Shown: positions 1 through 11,753 of the stretch, piece after piece | Layout: each line of letters opens with the position of its first letter | Position numbering within the stretch: the stretch's first letter is position 1 | Origin: Cyanophora paradoxa CCMP329 | Taxonomy: Eukaryota; Plantae; Glaucophyta | Assembly (NCBI GenBank): GCA_004431415.1 | Contig: QPMI01000609.1 | Span: forward strand, 62,001-126,000 | Direction: 5' to 3' | DNA: 64,000 nucleotides | Made by a program: the position numbers and the translations under genes | Notes under the pieces: generated by a model | What the model saw: the letters and a program-made list of their open reading frames with translations, nothing else | What the model was told of the DNA's origin: nothing | Databases searched by the model: none

Positions 1-3000
1 GCGGCCCTTCTCCTCGCGCTGCCGGGCCAGGGCGTCGCGCCACCCGTCGAAGGCGACGGAGAGGGACCCCTTCTGGAGCCGCGCGACGGCGCGGCGGAGC
101 GTGGCGCGGCGGGCACGGCCCTCGGCCGCGAACTGGCGCCACGCGTTCCACGCGGTGGAGAGGCCGCCGCGCTGCCAGCGGGCGAGGGCGCGCCGCGCCG
201 CCGCCTCGCGCAGGCGCGCGCGCTCGGCCTCCAGCCGCTCGCAGCGGGCGGCGAGGCCCTCGGACGAGGCCCGCCACCGCTCCAGGTCCGACGCCTGCGC
301 CGCCGCCGCGTCCAGCGCCTGCGTGCGGAAATGTTGAGGAAATGTTGGGAAGAAGCGTTCAGTCAGAGGGTTTTCGCTTAAGAGTCCTCAAATTATCGAG
401 GTAAACCAGGGAAGTTAGCTCCTTTAAGCAATCTTCCTCAAACGCTTATTAGTTTGAGATAAACTAGAGAAGTTAGCTTCTTTAAGTACTGTTTCGCCAT
501 CGTTCTTAGGGCGCACGCGGCGGAGGCGGGACTCCTCGTCGGCGCGGCGCTCGGCGCGCCGCTCCGCCAGCGCCTCGCGCCACCCCTCGAAGGCCGCCGC
601 CGCGAGGCCCGTCCGCAGGCGCGCCACCGCCCGGCGCCCCACCTGGATCCGAAGGCAGAGGCGGCCGGTCAGCTCAAGCAGAAGTGAGGGTGAGGGCTCT
701 ACTCGCTCGCCTGCTTGAGGCGGGCCGCCTCGCCGGCGTGCTCGCGCCAGGCGCGGAAGGCGGAGGAGAGGCCGCGCTGCCGCCACGAGGCGACGACCCG
801 CTCCACGAGCCGCTGCTTCCGCTGCTCCTCGTCCGCCTCGCGGCGCCGCACGACCTCCTCGAGGCGCACGCCGGCCGCCTCCAGCTCCCGCTCCAGCATG
901 GACCGCGTCTGCCGCTCCGCCTTCAGCTCCGCCTCCAGCTCCGCGAGCCGGTTCCGGGCCTCGGCCAGGCCGTTCAGCGCCTCCTGCAGGTTGCCCCGCA
1001 GCGAGTCGTTCTCCTTGTCGGCGCGCGCCGCCGCCACGAGCCGCTGCCACGCGTCGAAGGCCCCGCTCAGCGTCCGCTGCCGCATCCGCTCCACGCACTT
1101 CCGCGCCACGACCTGCTCGGGTCCCTCAGGATTTCTCCTCTCATTCCCCTCCGACGGACGGACGCACCTTTCGGCGGGTCGCCTCTGCGGCGTGCTCGCG
1201 CCAGGCGACGAACGAGGCGCGGAGGGGGCCCCGTGCCCAGCGGGACAGCGCCCCCTCGAGGGCCCGAAGCCCTGCCTGCTGCTGCCTCGCCCGCTGCGCC
1301 GCCAGCAGCCGCGCCGCCCGCTCGCCCTCCGCGCTCAGCTCGGCCTCCCGCCCCGCCGCCTCCCGCTCGAGCCGCCCCAGCCGCTCCCCCGCGTCCCGCT
1401 CCAGCTGCCCGCCAAAGCCAAGTCAGCTCTAAAAATAGATCGGAGAGATGGTCCAAGGAGCTGTGCAAGGCACGCGTGTCTAGGCTTTGCTTGCACTCGG
1501 TGCTCTTTATCATCTCTAGAAACACATCGGAGAGATGGTCTAAGGTGGCTTAGGTGTGGCGGTAGAGCCGAGGCTGGGCTGCGCCCGACACACAAGTCTA
1601 GGCTGCTTTGCTCGCACTCGGTGCTGTTCATCACCTCTAATAACCGTCCCGGGCGGCAAGCGAGCGGGCGAACCTCCTGGATGCGGAGCTCTGCGTCCGA
1701 CAGGGCCGCCTCGGCGTGCTCGCGGCGGCCCTTCTCCCCCGCCAGCGCGATCTCCAGGCCCCGCATCGTCTCCTGCCGCCGCCGCACCAAAGAATAAGAT
1801 CGTAGATCTAGATTAGATCTCGCAGACATGCCGGACCTGGCGCCGCATCAGCTCCTTCTCCGACCAGTCCTCCGCCCGCGCCTTCCGCGCCGCCGTCGCC
1901 TCCTCCCGCCACGCCCCGAACGCCCGCCCCGCCTCCGCCTTCTCGAAGCGCCGCGTGGCGGCCTCGCCCCGGCGGCGGAGGTCCCGGCGGCGGCCCGCGA
2001 AGGCGCGCCACGCGGCGAAGAGGAGCGCCAGCCGCGCCCGCGCGTACCGCAGCATCAGCGCGTTCACCCTAAGACAGAACAGTAAGAAGAAGAAGAACAG
2101 GGGGAGTCTAGTTGAAGTCCCAGTTAAAGTCTATAACTTTGATAGGCTTTTTATGCAATAGAGAGGCTTGGGCCTCGGGCGGCAGGATGAGGGATGGATG
2201 GATGGCGGGGCCCGCCCGCTCGCGCACATTCGGGTGGCGTGGCGCCAGCGCTGCCCGTCGAGGCGGTTGTTGAGGCTCTGCACCTGCGCCCGCACCGCCT
2301 GCAGCTGCGGCGAGGCTCAGCCGAGCTGGAGAAGGGCGCCCGCTCGGATTCGAACCCGCGCGAAGTCTGCGTCCCCGTCCCCGTCCGCGTGCGCCCCCCC
2401 CCCCGCCTCGTCCTCGTCGTCGTCGATCCCGCCGGTCGCGGCGCTGGCGGCCGCGCGGAAGGTCCGGAACGCCGAGAGGAGCGCCGGGAACTCCTCGTAG
2501 GCGCGCAGCGCCCCCGCCCGCAGCCCGCCCTCCTCCCCTGCCCGTACGTCAGCTGAGGAGGGGTACGGCGGCGTCGATCGCTTCGTTCGCACGCTCGCGC
2601 GAGGCGGCGCAGTAGCCGCGCCATGCGGAGAAGGCGCCCTGCAGCGAGAGCTGCGCCCGCTTGTTCGCCAGCCGCTCCCGCATCTGCCCGAGCGAGGGCG
2701 GCCCGCCCTCAGCGGGGAGGTGGCGGGTGGAGGGGAGGGGCCGGGGTACGCACGGTCATCATGATGGTGCGGGTGCGGTTGTAGTCCCGGACCTGCCTCG
2801 TTCGTACCCCAAGGTCCTGCGCGCGCCCCGCTTAGAGCAGCGGGACGGGTACGGGTGGGCTCCGTTCGCTTCGTTCGCACCTCGCCGAACCGGGTCATCA
2901 TCATCTGAACCGTGAGGCTGAGGTCCACCAGCAGCGTCACGAGCTGCCGAGGGGGTGAGTTGGGAGGGGGGGGGGAAGGAGCGCGGGGGGTACGGGCACG

Positions 3001-4700
3001 GGCGCACGTGTCCCTTCTCGTCGCGGAGGCGGCGGACGGCCTCCTGGATCTCGCGGAGGGCGCCGGCGAAGCCCCAGGAGTCGCCGTGGGCGCCCCGCAG
3101 CGCCTCCTCGGCCCGCTGCCGCTCGTAGTGCGCGCCCGCGAACTTCTCGATGATCTTGTTCAGGTCGTTCGTCTGCTCCGCCCGCAGCGCCGCAACCTGC
3201 CGGGGCGTCAGGTCGTGAGCCATGGGCGAGCGGCGCTCGCTCGGGCGAGCGCGCCTCCTGCATGAGGGTCTCCTGGGCGGCGTGTCGGGGCAGGCCGGCG
3301 GGGCCGAACTTGCTGCGGACGTAGTCATCGGCCAGGCCCTCGAAGGAGGAGCGGGGGCCCAGCCCGCGGGCCGAGCTCGACGAGGCGCGCGGCTTCGGCC
3401 GGTGCGCGTCGCTCGCGCGCTCGCGCCGATCCTCGGAGGAGCCGCCGCAGGTCATGATGCTCTCGATGGCGCGCTCCAGGCCGCTCGCCGGCTTGGCCGC
3501 CGCCTGCTGCGCCGCCGCCAGCGAGCGGTGCGTCCCGGGGGTCCCTTGCCGCTCGCGCCCCGACGGCACCGGCGGCGGCGGCGGCGGCGCCATGCCGCCC
3601 GAGTGCCGCTTCGGAGAGTCGGCGAAGATGGACGCGAAGGGCCGGCCGTCGTCCCGCGCCTGGCCGCCCCGCGCCGCCGCCTCGGCGTCCCTCGCCTGGA
3701 GCACGCCGTCCCCCACGTACGGGAACATGAGGCGCGGCCGCACGGAGCGGCTCTTCCCCTTCCCGGCCTCCTGCTGCTGCTGCTGCTGCGCCGCATGCGC
3801 AAGCTCCAACCCGGCCGGCGTCCCGTCGCCGCCCCCCTCGGCCCGCAGGTCCTGCAGCGAGGAAAAGGAGCGGCTGCGGCTGCGCGGCGAGAGGACGTCC
3901 TGCGGCGGCGGCATCGACGTGGAGGATCGCGACTGCGGCGCCGCGGGCGTCGGCAAAAGGAAGGAGAAGGCGCGGCGGCCGGGCGGGCGGGCGGGTCCGC
4001 ACCGAGGAGACGCCGCCCTCGCGCAGCAGCCGCTCGAGGCTCACGATGAGCTTCTCCTTCGCCAGCGCGGACAGAAGGAGCATGACGAGGTCCCCGTACA
4101 GGGCCTTCTGCTCCTCCGTCTGCAGGACCTGCGCGCCCGGACCGCCCCGTGCCGTTGGCATCCGCGCGGGCGGCCCGGCGCTCGAGGGGGGGGCGCACGA
4201 GAGCGACACCGAAGGAGTCATGCTCGCCGTACCGCCCGAAAGAGTCCGCCGCCACGCGATGACTGGCGGCGGAGCGAGCGCCGCGTCAGCAGTCGGCGTG
4301 GCAGCGAACGCGCCCGCGGGTGGGCGTACGGGTTGTTGTTCGGCGTCTCGCTGACGGGGTGCAGCTCTATCGTGTGCGCCGTGCTCGCCGGCGTTGCGCT
4401 GGGCGTCGGCAGCTGGACCTGAAGCTGGTGCTGCGGATCCGAAAACCCGAGGCGTGAGGACGGGGTCTCCAGAAGGACATCGATTGATCCAGTACTGCGC
4501 AGAGAGGAGATCTGATGCTGAGGGAGTGCTGAGGCTGGCCGGCTTGCGGTTTCCCGAGAGTCCTGCAGTGCCGGCGGCGTGCTGGAGGGCCTCGCCGGAT
4601 TGTCCTGGGAAGAGTCAGAGGCGTCTAGCTACGAGAGAGCGCGAAAGAAGGGAGCGGCACGAACCGCTGAGCGCGGGTCCAGGCCGACCACCCGGCGCAT
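1..4700 (-). CDS. Large multi-exon coiled-coil protein with Sfi1-like (centrin-binding) repeats; 3' end lies beyond the window
   Basis: Spliced reading from ATG 4700 (MRRVVGLDPRSA|LDASDSSQ...). GT-AG introns e.g. 319-516 and 1405-1673. Repeated L..AF.(A/G)W(R/Q) motifs: LFAAWRAF, AFGAWREE, AFDAWQRL, SAFRAWREH, AFEGWREA, VAFDGWRD. These match the Sfi1 repeat pattern. Confidence 0.7.
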
Positions 4701-4893
4701 CGTTGGGACGAACCTGCAGTAGCTAGCTACGATGCCACGAACAGAGCGAGAGGAGCCGAGGCCGTCAGCGGGCTAACCGCCGGGCCGAGTTTCGTTGGCG
4801 AAGACGCGGTATCCCCCCGAGTGCCTCGGCCTTCTTCCACACAGCGATCGCACGATGCGCTTCCGATGAGATGATCGAGAGGAGATAAAAGCG
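4701..4893. promoter_or_regulatory. Probable bidirectional promoter/5'UTR region
   Basis: 193 bp between divergent ATGs at 4700(-) and 4894(+). Confidence 0.5.
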
Positions 4894-7279
4894 ATGTATC
4901 CGCACCCGCGTGGCCGGGGATTTGGCGGGCCCCGAGGCCGAGGACGCGGCCGGGGCGGTGGAGGCTACACGGGATACGACGGCTCCGGCGGATATGAACC
5001 GGCGGTGCGTTCATCACGTGCGCCCGGCGCGGCGTCCGGCTGATCGATGCCGCGCAGGACACGAACGGCGACGATGCATCGAATGCGCAGCAGCCGCAAG
5101 GGGCGCAGCAACAGCCCATGCAGCCGCGGCGCATCCTGCTTTCGCGTCCGCCGCAGGGCCAGCCCGCCGACCCGTCGCTCTCGCCCACGCCGGCGCGCTT
5201 CCAGGGCGGCGCGGCGCGGCAGGGCACCTCGCCCCTCTTCCAGCGCGTCGCTGAGCGCAGCCCGCGGCTGTCGCCGAGCGGCGCGAACGAGGAGAGGGAG
5301 CCGCCGGCGACGCCGCCCGGCCCCGCCCACGGAACGCTGAAGATCCTGCAAGCGCCGAGCGGGGACGCGGCGCGCGCGGCCGGAGCGGCGGCGGCGGCGG
5401 CGGCTCTGCAGCAGTCCCAGCAGCAGACGCAGCAGCCGCATCCGCAGGCGGCCACTGCGACGGCGGCAGCGACGGGCCCAGCGTGGGCCGAGCCGCCGCG
5501 CAAGTTCGTCAACGAGCACTTTGAGTGCCTCGCTGAGAGCGCCATGCGGGTGCGCCGGCCCGCCCGCGCCCCCGCCCGCGCCCCGGGCCCGCCCCCGCCC
5601 GCTCCGGTCGCCCATTCTCATACGCGGTGCGCGCCCCAGGGCCTGGGCGAGGGCACGGACTTCACCGTCGTCGGCATCGTCGGGCGCCAGGGCGTCGGGA
5701 AGAGCCGCATCGCGAACGAGCTCTTCGGGGCCACGCCGGCGCGCCGTACCCCCCTTCGCTTCCTCCCCCGTCTGAAGCTGACGCCGTCCGGCGAGCAGCA
5801 GTGGAGCGCGGCGGGGCGGGCGTCGGGCCCATTCCCCGTGGGGACCTCGGCCGAGGCCGTCTACGACCTGCGGCCGGAGACGGTCGGCGTGGACCTGCAC
5901 GTGAGCCCCGAGGGCCTCCTCCTGCTCGACACGCAGCCACTCTGGAGCGCCCCGGCCCTCTGCGAGCTCCTGCTCCGCGGCGACGGCGGCGGAGGCCAGG
6001 GCCAGGGCCAGAGCCAAGGCGGAGGAGGCTCCGGCGGCCCCGGAGGAGGCTCCGGCGGCCCCGGCTCGGTCCCCGCGGACTGCCAGGGCCCCGAGAACTG
6101 GATCGAGCTGCAGGCCATCCAGCAGCTCCTCTTCCTCCTTTCCGCCTGCCACGTCGTCCTCGTCGTCTCCGACTCCCTCGCCGACCTCGAGCTCTGGCGG
6201 GCGCGCTCAGATCTGATCTGATATGATTTGATCTGATCTGACCTGAGCGCGCAGGCCGTGCGGGCGTGCGCGGAGACGCTGAAGCACCGCATCCCGGACC
6301 CGTCGCTCCCCCTCCCGGCGGCCGGCGTCGGCGCAAACCCCTCCTCGGCGGACGGGTACACACCCCCGGCGGCCGGCCCCGCCGCCTCGCCCGCCCCGCC
6401 AAGCGCCCCGCTGGAGTCCGAGTACCTCGCCGACGTCGGTTCGTGCGATCCCGTACCCCACGCCCCCGTTTCTTCCCCCCCTTTCCCTGCCCTTACCCCC
6501 CCCTCCCCCGCTTCCCCGCCAGTCTTCGTCTTCAACAAGCTGCCCGACGACTCGTTCGAGGGCCCCGCCGCCCGCGCCGCCTGCGCCGCCCTCGACGCCT
6601 TCTTCGCCGCCTCCCCCTTCCGCCGCCCGGGTACGCCGTTTCGCGCCCTCTTCCTTGGGGCGGCGCCCTTAGCGGGCCCGTCGGCAGGCGCGGGGATCCG
6701 CCCGCTCTGCGGGGACGGGAGCGAGGGCTTCAAGGCCGGCGACGGCCGCGGCGACGGCTCCGACGGCCGCGGCGACGGCTGCGGCGACGGGCGCCACGTG
6801 CAGTGCTTCTTCCTCCCGTGGGACGAAGCGAACCTGCAGGGGGCCCCCGAGGCGTACCCGGGCTCGGGCCCGGTCCAGCCGGCCCCGTGGCAGGGGTACC
6901 GCCGCAGCTGCCGCGAGCTGATGGAGGAGCTCCGCGATTCGATCCTCGCGGCGCACGCGGCCCGGGGCGCCGCCGCCCGGGATCCCCCGCCCGCCCCTGG
7001 CCCCGAGGGCCCCGCCTTCCGGGCCCCGCCCTCCTTCGCCCGGCCCCTCTCCGAGCGAGACTGGTACCCCCGCCCTACCCCTACCCCTACCCCCGCCCCC
7101 GCCCTTCTTATGCTCACCGGGCCGCAGGGTGCGCGGCGCTGGCCGCCTGTTCGATGCGATCCGCCGCAGCCCGCTGCTCGCCGAGTACAACAAGGTGCTG
7201 TACCCTCCCTTTCCGTCGCCGGTACCCCTTCCCTCAATGTTCGCCTCAGGTCCTCCAGCGGCTCGGGACTTTCAGGTGA
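4894..7279 (+). CDS. SMG9: Nonsense-mediated decay factor SMG9 (P-loop NTPase-like)
   Basis: Walker A VVGIVGRQGVGKS; ETVGVDLHVSPEGLLLLDTQPLWS; LFLLSACHVVLVVSD; EYLADVVFVFNK; C-terminal LSERDW..GAGRLFDAIRRSPLLAEYNKVL. These follow the SMG9 motif order. About eight short introns, including GC-AG 6201-6254. Stop TGA 7277-7279. Confidence 0.88.
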
Positions 7280-8002
7280 TCTCCGGCGACCGCAGCTTCT
7301 CTTGCACGGCCCCTCATTATCAGCCTGGCACTGATCCCACTCGGCCCTCGACCCGCGCGGCGCCCGCTCCCCATGGACCGAATCCTTGGCCTCGGCCTCG
7401 GCCGCCGGTTGCGCCGGCGCGTGAGATGGCACCAGCGTTCAGAGTTCGCCCCGTGGAGTGCGCAGGACCGCGCCCGATCGAGCTCTCAAGGCCCGGCTGC
7501 GCTCCACGCGGGCACATTCATAGCTCCCTGCGGCCTCTCGAGCTCGCTGACCCCCTACGCCGTGGGCGACGCGTGCAAGTCAATCCGCACGCGCATCGAG
7601 TTTGGATTTGGCCCCGGGCCCAAGCGCTAGCTTTCTTGGATCCCTATCATGGTGTATCCGATCCGTGTAGCGAATGGCACGGCCTCGCGCTTGTTGCAGC
7701 TTGTACAGCCCGGCCGGGTGGAGCGCGGGCCCTAGGCCTGTGGGCGTGCACGTGCGCTCCCGCGGCGCCGCCGCGGCGCGGGTGTGCGGCCCTTAACTAC
7801 ATATAAGCTAGCTATATATATATATATATATAGCAACTCTAGTAGCGAGCGACCTGTTAGCTCTTCAGCTCTTCATTCAGCCATTCAGACTACGGGTTTT
7901 GAGACGGGGGAGAAAGGATAGCGCTAGCTAGCTCGTCATGCAAGGCTAGCGCTACGCAGCCGAAAAGGGGGACGCAGCCGTTCGGGGCACATGTACAGCC
8001 CG

Positions 8003-10480
8003 CTAGTCGAAAACGGGGGAAACGCCAGTGAGGGCGCGGCGGCAGGACGGGCAGAGGCCGCGCCCCGCGAGGAGCGGCGGCGCGCAGGCGGCGCACACGA
8101 CGTGGCCGCACGGCTGCAGCGCCCGCCGCGCCTCGCGGGGCCGCCGCTCCAAGCAGATCCCGCACTCGAATTAAAAGATCTGGGTCATCTACGGGATCAC
8201 CACCTCCGCGAGGTGCAGGGCGGCTCGGAGGCGGGCCGCGTTCTCGTGCAGCTGCTCGTCCGAGAGGGCTCGGAGGTGCGCCTCGTCCAGGCGCCCCGGC
8301 GCCACCCGCAGCTGCTGGAGCTTCCGCAGCGCGTCCGCCGCGAGCTGCTCCCAGGCCGCCCCCAGCTGCTCGAGCCGCCGCTGAGCCTCCGCCGCGCGCT
8401 GTTCCGAGGCTGCAAGCCGCTCCTCGAGCTCCTCGGAGGCTGCTTCCTCCTCATCAAGTTGCAGCTGTGTGTGCGCCCTGCGCTCCTCGGAGTCTGCTAG
8501 CTCCGCTTGAAGCTGCTCGAGCTGCCGCTGCATGTCCGCCACGCGCTCCTTGGAGTGTGCTAGCTGCGCCTTCAGCTCCTCGAGCTGCTGCTTCGCAATT
8601 ATCGCGCGAAGCTCCGAGCTCGAGGCTGCGAGCTGCACCTCAAGCTGATCACGCTGCAACTGCACATCCGCGGCGCACTGCTTAGCCACATCCGGAACGC
8701 ACTGCTGAGCTACTGCCCAGCTAATGTTAGGCTATTATTTTAGAGGGGTACTAATATAAGCGCGGATAGACGAGATAGACGAAGGGGGGCTAGCATAGGA
8801 CCGCCTCTATAGCGTAGGCAGCAGCTCGTCGAAATGTGTCCACGTTTATCCCGTCTAAGTCGAAGTCAATTCCCGTCTATAATAATAGACTTACATATGC
8901 ATGCATCCCGTCAAGCCGCCGCCGGAGGTCCGCAGCGCTTTCGAGCCGCCAGTGCTCCTGTCCAGCCGCTGGCGCATTGAGCTCCGCCTGCCTTAGATGA
9001 CCCATGGCCGCCCCACTGCGAAAAACGACGAAGTCAGGGCAGACGTCTGGCAAAGCGGAAGCGAACGTTGTACCCCGGCAAGGCCGAGGGTCCACCGACG
9101 GCGACGGCGGGAGGCTCAGGGCCCTGCCTGTGAGCCTGGGCCTGACACTTCTCGCCGTCATCAAGGCGCCGCTGCGCGTTTGCCCCGCGCCGCTCGGAGG
9201 CTGCATGCCGCGCCTGTAGCCGGTCAAGCTGGGCGTCCGGAGGGCCTCCAGGCCCCTCCAACCGCAGCTCCCCGGCGGCGGACGGGGTCTCGGGCCTCGC
9301 CTCGACACCTTCGGGAGCTGCTGGCGCGCCATCCGCCGCTGCAGCACCGGGTGGACCACCAGCCCCCTTCGGAGGAAGTGCCTGGACGGGCGCGTGAGAA
9401 CACGTTGCAGTGGAAAAATTAAATGAATGCTTCTCGCACTTCTCGTGGTGCTTTTCGAGCCCAGCGCTTCCACCGTTGATGAATCTCAAGACCCACGAAT
9501 ACCACTTCCGTTGCAACCTGCATTAACGTCGACGTGGTGAACGTGAGCTCGGGGGAAGAGGGATCACGCACGAAGCCGTAGGTGGGGGTGCCTAGAAGTA
9601 CGCAAGAAAGATACGTCGTGATTCCACCAACAGCGCTCAGGACGGCCACATTCAGCCTGGTCGCTTCGTTTGGAGGCGAAACATCCTGGCCGCCCAAAGC
9701 CGCAGGCGGTTAGCCCTGAGAAAGCGCAAACAGGCTCGAGCCGAGGAAAAATGGATGCGTCTCGTACTTCTTGCTGTGCGTTCCGAGCCCGGCGCTGCCA
9801 CCGATGCCAAATCTCAAGACCCGCCAACATCATTCCCGATGCAATCTGCATGAACGTCGACGTCGTGGACAGCGGCAAGTCAACAAATATTTAGCTCCGG
9901 GGAAGAGGGATCACGCACGAGGCCGTAAATGGGTGTGTGTAAATTTGTACAAGAAAGGTACGTCATGGTGGCCACATTCTTCCAGCTCACACGGCGCAGA
10001 CGTTCCTTCAGCGAACTAAGGCCGCTCTTGGTCGCAGGCGGAACATCCTGCAGCTGGCCGGCCGCCTGGTTAGCTTTGAGAAAGCGCAAACAGGCTCGAG
10101 CCGAGGAGAAATGGATGTGTCTCGTACTTCTTGTTGTGCATTCCGAGCCCGGCGCTGCCACCGATGCTGAAGATGAAGAACCGCCAACATCATTTCCGTC
10201 GCAATCTGCACGAAAGTCGACGTCGTGAACAGCGTCGAGTCAAGAGGGATGATGAGCTCCGCGGCCGGGGAAGAGCCTCGGAGGGATCACGCACGAGGCC
10301 GGGGATGAGGGTCCCAAAATATCTGCTTGAAAGATACCCCATGATTCCGGCAATTGCGCTAACGATCGCCGTATTCTTCCAGCTCACATGGCGTAGACGT
10401 TCCCTCAGCTGCTCGAACTCGGAACTACCAGCGAGCCTCGCAGTGAGCGCCGGCCAAACAGAGACCGGAAATTCTTCACC
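8003..10480 (-). pseudogene. Disrupted coiled-coil-RING E3-like gene with three N-terminal hydrophobic repeat modules; paralog of 19467-21267
   Basis: C-terminal CGICLE...LQPCGHVVCAAC...CPSCR is nearly identical to 19467-19640. The linker RPRLT.RALSLPPS.SVDPRPCRGTTFASA is shared with 20260-20450. Lesions: in-frame TAG and TAA just before the RING, an AT-richer insert at ~8710-8890, and frameshifts in the N-terminal repeats. 5' end approximate. Confidence 0.7.
9420..10430 (-). repeat. Three diverged tandem copies (~330-360 bp) of an exon+intron module
   Basis: G(L/F)VRDPS and HRWQRRARNAQQE-like segments recur. The intron GTACGAGAC.CATCCATTT...GCGCTTTCTCA(G/A) is present twice almost identically. 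Confidence 0.85.
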
Positions 10481-11753
10481 GGCATCGGAGCGTAGAGGCG
10501 CGTGGCCGAATGCTCTTACTCCTCGGCTCAGCAAGCCGTTGACTCCGGGTTGAAAATCGATCAATTTTCGAACGCGGCACACGCGGGCCTAGCAGCGACG
10601 CCAACGTCTGCAAAGCGGGATCTTGATGAGTTCTTGCGCTTGGAACGTAAGTTGGAGTTAAAGATTGGCCGCGAAAGTTTAAGCTCAAGAGTGACGCGCG
10701 CGGAAAACGCCGTATTCTAGAAAGCGAGCGATCAGAGAGCCACCTCGCCGCGCTTTTCTCAGGTTCCGCGGTCTAAAGATGAGGTACATGGGCTCTCGGC
10801 GCGGCATGAGAAGCGGCGGCGGCGAACGTACCTCAGGCAAGCTGTCGTCGAGCTTCCGAGCCGTACGCGTGCGCTTGTGCTGGGAAATGCGAAGAGGATG
10901 CCAGCTGACTGCTTGCTGAGCCCGCAGCTCGTTCGGAGCCAAGCCGGCGCCGCTCTTGCTGACTCGCGCGTACCCCCCGACATCGGCGGCCGGGCGGCCG
11001 CGACGGCGCGACGGTGCCGTCGGCGTTCCTTGTGGGTTGCCGCCGCGGCCGCGAAGGCGCGACGGCGGCTGCGGCGGCCGGGCCTCTGCCCGGCCTAGCT
11101 TGCACGCGCTCGACATATGCATCCAGCGGCTCAAGCTGCGAAGCCCTTGAAGGAATTATATTAAATGACTCAGACGAGGCGTCCAGAATGTCCACTATGC
11201 CGACGATCGCCCCGCAACCGCGGCCGCATCTCTGGGGCCGGCTCCGCGCACTACGCATCACACTCTGCCCCAGTGGCGGCTGTCGACATTAGCTGCATTT
11301 TTGCTCGAGTGCAACTGCTCGGCCTTGTTCAATCGACCAATGAGGCTCTCCATGCATATGCATATGGCTGCTGTTAGCTGCGATCATTCTGAAGCTGGTG
11401 CACGTGAGAGCTGTGAGCTCGAGCTTGCAGCTTGCTGATGATACACCGCAGCTGCCGCGTACGCGTGTACCCGGTCCGGGCCGCCACTGACCCGCCAGCC
11501 CGGACCGGGCCCCCCGGGGTACACGCGGCCCAAGCGATATCGATGTTGTTCCCGGGCCGAGCCGATATCGATATCGATGCCAGCCCCGTCCGCGCGTCCC
11601 CCCTCCCTCTCCGCCAGGGGCGCATCCAACTCCCCGCAGTCGAGCGAGATTTGGTCCAGGCTTTCGTGAATTGCGTTCCATGTGCACTGTAGAATGACAC
11701 AGCCAAGGGCTAGGCAAGGGCTTGCCGCAGGCCGGGACGCGACGTGCGGAGGG

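Noticed and set aside
8165-8195. Stop-codon reassignment or readthrough before the RING domain
   Set aside because: TAG and TGA end intact genes normally, and this locus has other lesions.
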